A stretch of 64,000 nt of DNA from Alphaproteobacteria bacterium (GTDB lineage: Bacteria > Pseudomonadota > Alphaproteobacteria > MPNO01 > UBA830): contig OZ251539.1 in assembly GCA_965243135.1 (NCBI GenBank), forward strand, positions 6,039,319-6,103,318, in the 5' to 3' direction. Shown here one piece after another: positions 9,045 through 17,530 of this stretch. Under the pieces are notes generated by a model that had not been told where the DNA came from, did not search any database, and saw only the letters and a program-made list of their open reading frames with translations. The position numbers and the translations under genes are program-made. How positions within the stretch are numbered: the stretch's first letter is position 1; the number at the start of each line of letters is the position of its first letter.

Positions 9045-10478
9045 CTACTGCCCTGCGCCGCCCATCCGTTCGTCGAAGTTCGCCGGCTCGTCGTCGAGTC
9101 GTTTCTTGGCCTTCAGCACATCGATCCGCCGTTGGAGATCGGCGTACGGTTGACCGCCCGGGTCGAGCAGGTCGAGCAATGCGCTCCAGTGCCTGACCGC
9201 GGCTTGTTCGTCGCCCGTCGAGAGGGCGAGCGCGCCGGCCAGCCAGAGGCCGCGGCGATTTCGGGCGTCCAGGGCGAGAATTTTCTCGACCACGGGAGCG
9301 AGCTCGTCGCGACTCGGCGGTCTCGGCTCTGCTTCCGCGGCGATGCTGTCGGCCCACGCCATCAGCAGGCCGACGTCGTCCGGCCGCAAGGCCGACGCCT
9401 TGGCGTACGCCGCTTTCGCCTTTTTCCTTTCGGCCAATACGGCATAGGCGCGCGCCAGCCGTTCCCAGCCGGCCGCATCGTCGGGAGCGTCTTCGAGCCG
9501 GGCGGCGAGCCCGTCGACCATCGAGCGGATCATCGCCATGCGCTCTTCGGCGGAAAGTTGCCGGGCCGCTTCGATATCCTCCCGGGTCGGCCCCGGTCCG
9601 GCCTTCGACCGGCCTTTCATCCTTTCGAGCGCGTCGTCGCCGACGCCGGCCTCGGCCGCCAAGGCCGAGATTCGCGGGCGCAGGAACCCGAGCAGCGGAG
9701 AGTCGGGCGGCAAATCTGCTTCCAGCGCCAGCCAACGGTCCAACGCCTTTTTCAGGCGTCCGCCCTGCCGGTCCGCGACGCCGAGATAGTAACGGGCGCG
9801 AGGATCGCCGGCGTCGCGGCGCAGAGCTTCGTCGAAAGCGGAGGCGGCCTGCGGCGTCACCTGGCCGTCGGCTGCCCGGGTCAAGGCTTCGCCGCGGAGC
9901 GAGAAGAATTCGGCGCTGGACGGCGCGATTTTCGCGGCTTGCGCATAGGCGTCGGCGGCCTTCTCGTGGCGACCGAACTGCGTCAGGATCTCGCCCAGCG
10001 CCCGCCAGCGCGACAGATCGTAAGGGTTTTCGGCCAGTTCGGAGGCAAGCGCCGAGACCCGATCCTTCGACGGTCGGTTCGCTTCGGCGGCGACCGTCTC
10101 CGGCCCGGCAGGACGGGCCGGCAGGTCCGGATCGCCGTGAACCAGATAAACGGCGGCGGCGATCGCGGGCACGCCCACCGCCGCGGCGGCGGCCGCCAGC
10201 GGGGCCCTTCCGACTGGCCGGCGGTCGCCGGTTTCGGAGCGGTCGCCGTCGAGGGCGAGAATGCGGCGCCCGATTTCGGCCTTCGCCGCTTCGGCATGTT
10301 CCTGCGAGATCATCCCCGACTCGAGATCGCGATCGACTTCCCGCAGCCGGTCGCGATGAACCTCCAGTTCATGGCTCTCGCGGGACGGCGGCGCCCGGCC
10401 GCCGCGCAGCAAAGGCAGGGCCACCAGCGCGCCGGCGCCGGCGGCCATGAGCGTCAGGACGACCAGCAAGAGCGTCAT
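9045..10478 (-). CDS. ccmI: Cytochrome c maturation protein CcmI (TPR-containing)
   Basis: N-terminal TM, HRDRLREVDRDLESG...AEIGRRIL, TPR helices, MIRSMVDGLAARL; overlaps ccmH stop. Confidence 0.88.
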   Translation of the reverse strand: MTLLLVVLTLMAAGAGALVALPLLRGGRAPPSRESHELEVHRDRLREVDRDLESGMISQEHAEAAKAEIGRRILALDGDRSETGDRRPVGRAPLAAAAAAVGVPAIAAAVYLVHGDPDLPARPAGPETVAAEANRPSKDRVSALASELAENPYDLSRWRALGEILTQFGRHEKAADAYAQAAKIAPSSAEFFSLRGEALTRAADGQVTPQAASAFDEALRRDAGDPRARYYLGVADRQGGRLKKALDRWLALEADLPPDSPLLGFLRPRISALAAEAGVGDDALERMKGRSKAGPGPTREDIEAARQLSAEERMAMIRSMVDGLAARLEDAPDDAAGWERLARAYAVLAERKKAKAAYAKASALRPDDVGLLMAWADSIAAEAEPRPPSRDELAPVVEKILALDARNRRGLWLAGALALSTGDEQAAVRHWSALLDLLDPGGQPYADLQRRIDVLKAKKRLDDEPANFDERMGGAGQ

Positions 10479-10939
10479 TCCTTCGGCGTCGCGAGCATGG
10501 CCTCCAGCCGGCGTTTCTCCTGTTCCGAAAGCGGCTCCGCCTCCTCCCGGACGCGGCGGCACCGGATCGCGATCGCGGCGACGCCGACGGCCAGCAGCGC
10601 CCATGGCCCGATCCACAACGCGAAGGTCGCCGGCTTGAACGGCGGTCGCAACAGCACGAACTCTCCGTAACGCGCGACGATGTAGTCGACGACCTGGTCG
10701 TCGCCGTCGCCCGCTTCGAGGCGATCGCGCACCAGCAGGCGCAGGTCGCGGGCGAGGGGCGCGTCGGAATCGTCGATCGACTGATTCTGGCACACCAGGC
10801 ATCTCAGCGAACGACCGATTTCCCGCGCTCGGGCTTCCAGCGCAGGGTTCTGGAGGATTTCGTCCGGCTCCAGGGCAGGGACGGGAAGCGCCGAAAAAAG
10901 GAAGGCGACCAGCGGCGCGAAGAAGAAGAACGCCCTCAT
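10475..10939 (-). CDS. ccmH: Cytochrome c maturation protein CcmH (CycL)
   Basis: LRCLVCQNQSIDDSDAPLARDLR, RYGEFVLLRPP. Confidence 0.95.
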   Translation of the reverse strand: MRAFFFFAPLVAFLFSALPVPALEPDEILQNPALEARAREIGRSLRCLVCQNQSIDDSDAPLARDLRLLVRDRLEAGDGDDQVVDYIVARYGEFVLLRPPFKPATFALWIGPWALLAVGVAAIAIRCRRVREEAEPLSEQEKRRLEAMLATPKE

Positions 10940-11484
10940 GGGTCGCCCGCCCTGGCGAGAGCCGGACGGATGATCCGGTCGAGCTCGCCGGGATTGATCG
11001 GTCCGACGTGCCGATGGCGAATGCGTCCTTCTGCGTCGACGACGAAAGTCTCGGGGTATCCGGAAACGCCCCAGTCGATGGCCGCGCGCCCGTTCGCATC
11101 GGCGCCGATCCGCGAATAAGGGTTTCCGAGCTCGTCGAGGAACGCCAGAGCGTCCGCCGGCTTGTCCTTCACGTTGACGCCCATCACCGGCACGCCTTCT
11201 TCGGCGAGGGTCATCAGCACGGGGTGTTCGACGCGGCATGGCGGGCACCACGACGCCCAGAAATTCACCAGCGATACCCGGCCCATCAAATCCGCGGTCT
11301 CGAGGCCCTGCTCGCGACCGGCGATCGGCGGCAACGCCAGGGTCGGAGCCGGCTTTTCGATCATCGGCGACGGGATGCGGGAAATGTCCTTTCCGCCGGG
11401 ACCGATCTGCCAGAGATAGGCACCGAAAACGGCCGCCAAAACCGCTAGAAGCAGAGCCGGAGCGATATGGACAGCGCGGATCAT
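10936..11484 (-). CDS. ccmG: Thiol:disulfide interchange protein CcmG/DsbE
   Basis: VNFWASWCPPCRVEHP, IDWGVSGYPETF. Confidence 0.95.
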   Translation of the reverse strand: MIRAVHIAPALLLAVLAAVFGAYLWQIGPGGKDISRIPSPMIEKPAPTLALPPIAGREQGLETADLMGRVSLVNFWASWCPPCRVEHPVLMTLAEEGVPVMGVNVKDKPADALAFLDELGNPYSRIGADANGRAAIDWGVSGYPETFVVDAEGRIRHRHVGPINPGELDRIIRPALARAGDP

Positions 11485-11911
11485 AGCCGAAGCGCAAGTC
11501 CGGAACGAACGGGAATTTCTTTCATGGCGGGCGCAAGTCCTGACCGGGCCGACGGGCTTTCGAAGATACGACGATTGGCCCGAGGGCGGAAGGTCGAACG
11601 CATTTCTTCCGCCACGTGCCGGTTCGCCAGCGCGCGCTCGGGCACTGGCGGCCCGTTCGGGTGTCCAGTGAGTCACGCTGGCCTCCGGCGTCGCCGGCAG
11701 GGGCCGTGTTCCAGCCTTGCAGGTTCTGGACATCCACGCGAACGCCGAGTGCATGGAATCTCCGGCGATGCGCATTCTTTTTCACCGGTATCCGGCCAGT
11801 TTGACGAACGAACAATTCCGCGAGGCGGCACAGAAATCCGGCTGACCGGCGATGAACGCCGACGCAATGAGCCTGACGGGACCCGGCAGGACTCCGGTTC
11901 AACTGACCAAG

Positions 11912-13993
11912 CTATCGGTCCGTTCGCAGGTCATCGAGAAACTCGGAGGCTGGCTCCACGCCGGTGACCAGGAGACGGTCGCGCGCGCGCGTGCAAGCGA
12001 CATAGAGAAGATGCCGCTCGGTCTCGTAGGTATCCTCAAGGTCGGCTTCGTCGGCGACGCTCTCGATTCTGGATTGCAGCGGCAGGATTTCGTCGTCGCA
12101 CGCCGCGACCGCCACGGCGCGGAACTCTAACCCTTTGGCAAGATGCATGGCGCCGACCGCGACGCTGTCCACGGTCGCGACCGCGCGTTCGCCCAATTTT
12201 GCGAAGGACATTCCAGCAGATCGGACAGCTTCGACTGCGCGTTCCATTTCGGCCTCGGACCGGACGAAGACGCCGATCTCGTGCGGGGCGTACCCCTCTT
12301 GCCGCAGGGCGGAGAGCCACGCGGAGACGGCGGCGCGTTCCGTATCCGCCGATTCGTGGATCTCGACGGCCGGTTCCGGTCCGTTGAACGCCGAGACCGC
12401 GCCGCGCCGGCTCTCGGCAATGCCGTCCACATCGGAAATTTCGCCCGGCAGAAGTCGATCCGCCTGCTGCCGGATCTGGTGGGAAGTCCGGTAGTTGACG
12501 GTGAGCGTCAGAGACCGACCGCGCACGTCCACGCCAAGCGCGCGCCAAGAGAACGGCGTCTGGAAGATTCGTTGCCCGAGATCGCCGGCGAAGAACAGGC
12601 AGTCAGGCCGGTTCTCGCCGAGGGCGGCGAAAAAGCGGAGCGCCGGCACGTCGATATCCTGCGCCTCGTCGATGACGCAAAAATCGAACGGAGGACGACT
12701 CGCTTCCGCAAAATGCCGCTCAAGGCGGCGAAACAGTTCAGGCTCCGTCAGCCGTCCCCGTTCATCGAGCGTAGAGCGCACCCTGGAAAAGATGGACCAG
12801 AGGATGGCGCGTTGCGTCTCTGCCAGCCGCGTTTTTCGCCCCAACCGCGCAACGTCTCGATAAGCTTCCCAGCTCTCGATCTGCCACGCATCGATCACTT
12901 TGCTCCATTCCGTACGCAGGAAGCGTCGGCTGAACTTGCGTTCCCCGGCTTGGTCCGCCGCCCTGTCGATCAGTTCTCCGATCTCTTCGTCGGAAGCGAA
13001 GACGGGCGTTCCGAAATTGGCCTCGTAAAGGCGATATCCGATGCCGCGCATCGAGTGAACTTCAAGGCGCTCGGCGATGCTCGGCTGGTTGTGGATCAGG
13101 CGTCGGAGCCTCGTGCGCAACGCGTTCGCGAGAGCGTCGGAGAATGTCGCGAGAAGGGTCCGTGCATCCGGGTGCGCGCGGGCGAGATGGACGGCGCGAT
13201 GAAGCGCTACGACCGTCTTTCCCGTTCCGGCGGATCCCGATACGCGGACAGCGCCGCCGTAGTCGCGTTCGATGATCCGGCGCTGCGCCGGGTGGAGGAA
13301 GACGGTCCATTTCTCCCACGGGTATTCGAGCGCGCGCTTCAGCTCTTCCACGTTCGCCATAACGCGAAAGCGGCGCTGCGCGTCCGGATGTTCGAACGGG
13401 TCTTCGTCCGCGGCCGCCGGTGCCGGCCGATCGGGCGCGCCGCCGGTCGCGAGCTGCAACAACGCTTCTGCCGCCTCCGCCGGCAGGCGTTCGGCGAGAT
13501 CGAGCAGGCTATCCTCGTCTGCGCGCCTCACTTCCTCCAGCCACTCGGCGGGAACGCCGTAGCCGAGCAGCTCGTCTTCGGGCGTGTCGGCGAAAAGCGC
13601 GGGCTTCGCCGAGGAGCCCGGCAGGTCTTCCGCGCCGTAGCTCGGTCTTACGGTTTCGCGCACGGTCTCGCGAATTTCGACGATCTGTGCGGCGCCGGTT
13701 TTGGGGTGGCGACCGATTCGTCGTCGCTCGGCCCAGCGATAGGCATCGTCGTGATGGGCGACATAGGCGAGCAGCAGGCTCGAGGCGGTCTTGTGGACGA
13801 TCAGGCGGATGTCGCGGCTTGACCGGACAGACCAGAAATTCTTGTCCTTCGCGCGGTCGAGCTTGTGAAGCGACAGTCCGGGCGACGAGAGATTCATCTG
13901 CAAGTCGAAGGCCGTCATCTTGGCGGCTTTCTGCTCCTCGCCGGTCAGCTTTGCAAGGCTGGCGGTGAACGTATCTGCGATTCGGAACAGCAC
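11912..13993 (-). CDS. SF1 UvrD-like helicase with N-terminal RelE/ParE-like domain
   Basis: Walker A GSAGTGKT, DEAQD, GDLGQRI, NYRT, KGLEF, LYVACTRAR; N-terminus LHKLDRAKDKNFWSVR..DIRLIVH...YVAHHDDAY; GTG start one base after the protease stop. Confidence 0.88.
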   Translation of the reverse strand: MLFRIADTFTASLAKLTGEEQKAAKMTAFDLQMNLSSPGLSLHKLDRAKDKNFWSVRSSRDIRLIVHKTASSLLLAYVAHHDDAYRWAERRRIGRHPKTGAAQIVEIRETVRETVRPSYGAEDLPGSSAKPALFADTPEDELLGYGVPAEWLEEVRRADEDSLLDLAERLPAEAAEALLQLATGGAPDRPAPAAADEDPFEHPDAQRRFRVMANVEELKRALEYPWEKWTVFLHPAQRRIIERDYGGAVRVSGSAGTGKTVVALHRAVHLARAHPDARTLLATFSDALANALRTRLRRLIHNQPSIAERLEVHSMRGIGYRLYEANFGTPVFASDEEIGELIDRAADQAGERKFSRRFLRTEWSKVIDAWQIESWEAYRDVARLGRKTRLAETQRAILWSIFSRVRSTLDERGRLTEPELFRRLERHFAEASRPPFDFCVIDEAQDIDVPALRFFAALGENRPDCLFFAGDLGQRIFQTPFSWRALGVDVRGRSLTLTVNYRTSHQIRQQADRLLPGEISDVDGIAESRRGAVSAFNGPEPAVEIHESADTERAAVSAWLSALRQEGYAPHEIGVFVRSEAEMERAVEAVRSAGMSFAKLGERAVATVDSVAVGAMHLAKGLEFRAVAVAACDDEILPLQSRIESVADEADLEDTYETERHLLYVACTRARDRLLVTGVEPASEFLDDLRTDR

Positions 13994-13994
13994 T

Positions 13995-16490
13995 TCAGGC
14001 CTCCACCGCAACCGGGGCGCCGATCCGGTTCGCGACTTCGGCATATAGATCGACCTCGGTTTCCGGAGTTCGGATGCCGACGACCAAGGCGTATCTCGCC
14101 GCTTGATCGTATCGTTCGAGCGCATGACGAGTTTTCCACCATCCCGGCGCAGGATAGACGGCGATGTGTCCGCGGCTCGCGAGATCGGCGGCGTTTCCCC
14201 GCCAAATATCTCCATGCAAAGATCCCCGGTGACGCCCTCGCGCTCCGATCAGCCACTCTGGATCTCCGTCGCCTGAGTCGGTTCCCGCCTCCTCGTTTCG
14301 CGCCGCTGCGTTGATCCGGCCGCGAAATGCGTCGATCTTCTCAAGGGGACGTTTGACGTCGAAGCGGAGGCCGTGAGATTCGTACCGGTAGCGCGACCGA
14401 ACGCCCCGCTGCGACGGGTTGGGCTCGATGAAATAGGAGAGCGTCACTCGCATTTCTACCGGCATCTCTCCCAAGCCTTCCAGAACGTCGATTGGCCATG
14501 GAAGGCTGTGGAGGTGCATGTTTCTCGTGGTGGGCGTTTTGCCAGCCTCTCGCTTAAAGGGATGCAGGCTTTCCTGGACGATCATGGTCAGGGAATTCGC
14601 GACGCTCCAGAGCGCCCGGTCGAGATCGGGACAACCGAACCCGCAGCGCCGCAACAGTTTTCCGTAATCTGCCTTCGACGGATCGCCGGTTGCGGGCAAG
14701 TATGTTCGCTTCATGGCGTCGGTCCATTCCGCCGACTGCACGATGAGCGCCCGAATCGTTTCCGGCCAAAATTCGGGATAGGCCGCCATCACCTGCGCCG
14801 CCATGCGGGACGCAAGCGCCGTCGCGGCGCTGGTGGCGTTGGTTGTTGTGAAGAGCCGGTCGGCCGGTTGGTGGTTGGTCATCAACAGGCTCAGGCTCGG
14901 CATCGGGACGGCGCTCAGCGAATCCTTCGCGGCGTTGCCGCCTTCGAGCACGACATCGGGTTTCAGCGGCCAGTGCGGCTGCCACGTCAAGGAGGTCGTG
15001 CTGAACGGGATCAGCCCGCCTGGCGGCGCGACGGGCGAATAGCCGTCCGCGTCCGGCTCGGTGATCCGTGCGAGGTCGGTGCAGGCGCCGGCGGTGAGCA
15101 CGTTCCATGCCTGGGCCGGATCGTGCACCCCGTCTGTGTCGTTGCTGTCGGGATATTCGAAACATGCGTTCTGATCCTTGATGTTTCCGGCGGAGACGAC
15201 GATCAAGCGCGGAGTCTCGCCCTGTCCGTCGGCGTCCGCCGCGAGCGCATCCAGCGCCGCTGACCAAGCGGATGGACGGCCCCGATCTCGATTGTCTCGG
15301 GCCGTAACGGCCATGCTGAACACCCTTTGCCGAAGAGGGGCGGTGATCTCGGGTCGCGCAATGGCCTCCTTGGTCAAATATCCATGATGACGAGGATCGT
15401 TTCCCGTCGCTCCTTCCATTGGCAGCAGTTTCACCGATTCCAGACGGTGGTCGATTTCCAGGGGATCCCTGCCGGAAAGATGGTCCGTCAAGTTGCCCGC
15501 GAGGGCCAACCCCGCCATCTGCGTCCCGTGGCCTTCGTCGTCGTTGGTTCCCCAAGCGGGTTCGACGGTATGCAGGTCTTCGGCGGCGAGCGCGGAGGAC
15601 AGAAATCTGTGGCCGCGATTGACGCCTGTATCGAGCAGGCAAACATGGGGTGCCTCGTCGTTGTCGGAGTACTGGATTCGGGCCAATAGATCGTCGAGCC
15701 ATTCCCGTTGCTCGTCGCGGCGCATGGAATCGAAAAATTCCGCTGTCTCCTTCGCTCGCCGCAATTCGGCAATGCTGTTGAGCGTCACTATGGAACGCCG
15801 CATCTTTTCGGCCGACGCGCGAACCAGCAGTACGCTCCGCTCCGGAAAGAACAACTCTCCTTGGGCGATCTCTATTTCCTGCGCTTCGGCCCCTTGGCGA
15901 AATGCGGCGATTGCCGCTGTCCGATTTCGCCGAACGGGCAGCCACATTTCCCACCAGAACGACTCCGCGTCGTCGGTCGGGAAGGCTTCGGGATCGTCCG
16001 TCCAGAGCGCATGCAGACTTGCCATGCGGATCCTCTCGATGGCGTCGATCAGCCGCCGGTTGTCGCGAGGGCGCCCGGCTCCGTCCCGCTTCTCCGTCAA
16101 ATAGTCGCGAATGAGGTTTTCGAAGTGATCGAGCTTTCCCTCGGGTACGAAAACGGTGGCGCTGGTGCGGCCGTCCTTTTGGCGGACATTGAGCAGCTCG
16201 ATTCCCGAACGTTCCCTCGTCAGGCTTTCGAAGGCCATTTCAATGTCCGGAAAACTTTCGAACTCGACCCGAAGCCCCAGCCCCTCTTCGATCTCGACAA
16301 CTTGTTGAGCGTTCCGATCGGCTTCCAACCGAAGAGCGTCGATTTGCCGTTGCAGGGATCTCCCGTGCCGGGCCCGGTCTCGAACCGGAACCGGAGGCCG
16401 TCCGCCGCGAACCGGCGAACGATACGCTTCGGTCTCCGTTACGTCTTCGAGGACGAAGTGCCGATGTCGCTCCTCCTTTCCGTTCGCCAT
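13995..16490 (-). CDS. ietS: S8 subtilase-family serine protease (IetS-like)
   Basis: Catalytic triad motifs CLLDTG, GHGTQMAG and ATSAAT; oxyanion VSAGN; KPDVV; directly downstream of an AAA ATPase. Confidence 0.88.
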   Translation of the reverse strand: MANGKEERHRHFVLEDVTETEAYRSPVRGGRPPVPVRDRARHGRSLQRQIDALRLEADRNAQQVVEIEEGLGLRVEFESFPDIEMAFESLTRERSGIELLNVRQKDGRTSATVFVPEGKLDHFENLIRDYLTEKRDGAGRPRDNRRLIDAIERIRMASLHALWTDDPEAFPTDDAESFWWEMWLPVRRNRTAAIAAFRQGAEAQEIEIAQGELFFPERSVLLVRASAEKMRRSIVTLNSIAELRRAKETAEFFDSMRRDEQREWLDDLLARIQYSDNDEAPHVCLLDTGVNRGHRFLSSALAAEDLHTVEPAWGTNDDEGHGTQMAGLALAGNLTDHLSGRDPLEIDHRLESVKLLPMEGATGNDPRHHGYLTKEAIARPEITAPLRQRVFSMAVTARDNRDRGRPSAWSAALDALAADADGQGETPRLIVVSAGNIKDQNACFEYPDSNDTDGVHDPAQAWNVLTAGACTDLARITEPDADGYSPVAPPGGLIPFSTTSLTWQPHWPLKPDVVLEGGNAAKDSLSAVPMPSLSLLMTNHQPADRLFTTTNATSAATALASRMAAQVMAAYPEFWPETIRALIVQSAEWTDAMKRTYLPATGDPSKADYGKLLRRCGFGCPDLDRALWSVANSLTMIVQESLHPFKREAGKTPTTRNMHLHSLPWPIDVLEGLGEMPVEMRVTLSYFIEPNPSQRGVRSRYRYESHGLRFDVKRPLEKIDAFRGRINAAARNEEAGTDSGDGDPEWLIGARGRHRGSLHGDIWRGNAADLASRGHIAVYPAPGWWKTRHALERYDQAARYALVVGIRTPETEVDLYAEVANRIGAPVAVEA

Positions 16491-16510
16491 ATCGGGGAAA
16501 GAACTTTCGG

Positions 16511-17506
16511 TTATCCGTTTCTACTATGCAGCCGGTCGGCGATGACCTTGCGCTCCTCGATCATCGTCCGGATATCGGCTTGGCGGACCTTGGCGCGTTG
16601 TTGGATCAGCGCGTTCTTCAGCACTTCGTTCGCGGCGCGCGTGACCTCGGCGTAGTTCAATCCCTCGGCTGCCCTGGCGAGAATCATCCACTGGACGGGG
16701 GTTACGGCGCTTCCGGCTAAGCGCGTCTCGAGCAGGGCCGCGATCTGCGGTTGGGTGGGCAGGTCGTAGTGCAGGACGTCGTCAAAACGGCGGAACAACG
16801 CCGAATCGAGGATCTCAGGGTGGTTGGTCGCCGCAACGATGAGGCTGTGCGACCGGTCGTGTTCGATCATTTGTAGAAAGCTGTTCAGCACGCGGCGAAT
16901 CTCGCCGATGTCGTTGGCGATTCCGCGCTGAGAGCCGATAGCATCGAACTCATCGAAAAAATAGATCCCTCGGGTCCGGCTGGTGGCGTCGAACACCTGC
17001 CGAAGCTTGGCCGCCGTCTCTCCCATAAATTTCGTGATAAGGCCGTCCAGCCTGACCAAGAAAAGCGGAAGCCCGAGTTCGCCTGCGAGAACGGAGGCCG
17101 TCAGCGTCTTGCCCGTGCCCGGGGGGCCGACCAGCAGCAGCTTGCGCCGCGGCGAAAGGCCGTGATCCAAGATCTTTCCGGCATGACGCTGTTCGCGGAT
17201 GACGCGCTCGATCTGCTCGGAGAGAGGCTTGCCGAGGATCATCTCTTGCAGCCGGGTCTTCGGATAGGAAACCTCCAGAATGTTCGCCAGTTCGCCGCGC
17301 GGGCGGCTGATCGGCACGGGCGCTCCGGCTTCGCGTCGGCCCTTGGCGTCGTCGATCATGGCGCGGAGCTCTTCGGCGAGCTTGCCGTGGCCTCGCCGCG
17401 CTTCGTGGGCGGCGACCTGCATGGCGACCGAGAAGAAACGGTCGTCGTCGCCCTCCAGATGCGATTTCAGCAGCGCCTTGAGCTGATCTGCGCTAGCCAC
17501 GGACAT
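16511..17506 (-). CDS. ietA: AAA+ ATPase (IetA-like)
   Basis: GPPGTGKT, FFDEFD, AATNHPEILDSALFRRFD; N-terminal QVAAHEARRGH. Confidence 0.9.
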   Translation of the reverse strand: MSVASADQLKALLKSHLEGDDDRFFSVAMQVAAHEARRGHGKLAEELRAMIDDAKGRREAGAPVPISRPRGELANILEVSYPKTRLQEMILGKPLSEQIERVIREQRHAGKILDHGLSPRRKLLLVGPPGTGKTLTASVLAGELGLPLFLVRLDGLITKFMGETAAKLRQVFDATSRTRGIYFFDEFDAIGSQRGIANDIGEIRRVLNSFLQMIEHDRSHSLIVAATNHPEILDSALFRRFDDVLHYDLPTQPQIAALLETRLAGSAVTPVQWMILARAAEGLNYAEVTRAANEVLKNALIQQRAKVRQADIRTMIEERKVIADRLHSRNG

Positions 17507-17530
17507 CCTCCCAATGACGCGACAGCCGAT

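Noticed and set aside
11490-11545. 10-bp repeat GCGCAAGTCC as an att site of the island
   Set aside because: Both copies are at the same end, and I found no matching copy near ccmF
9045-11775. Long N-terminal extensions or fusions of ccmI, ccmH and ccmG in the ORF track
   Set aside because: The true starts lie at stop/start overlaps or just before the conserved N-termini; the extensions are read-through of neighbouring genes in other frames. The same applies to acnA, ugd, pmm and the amidase
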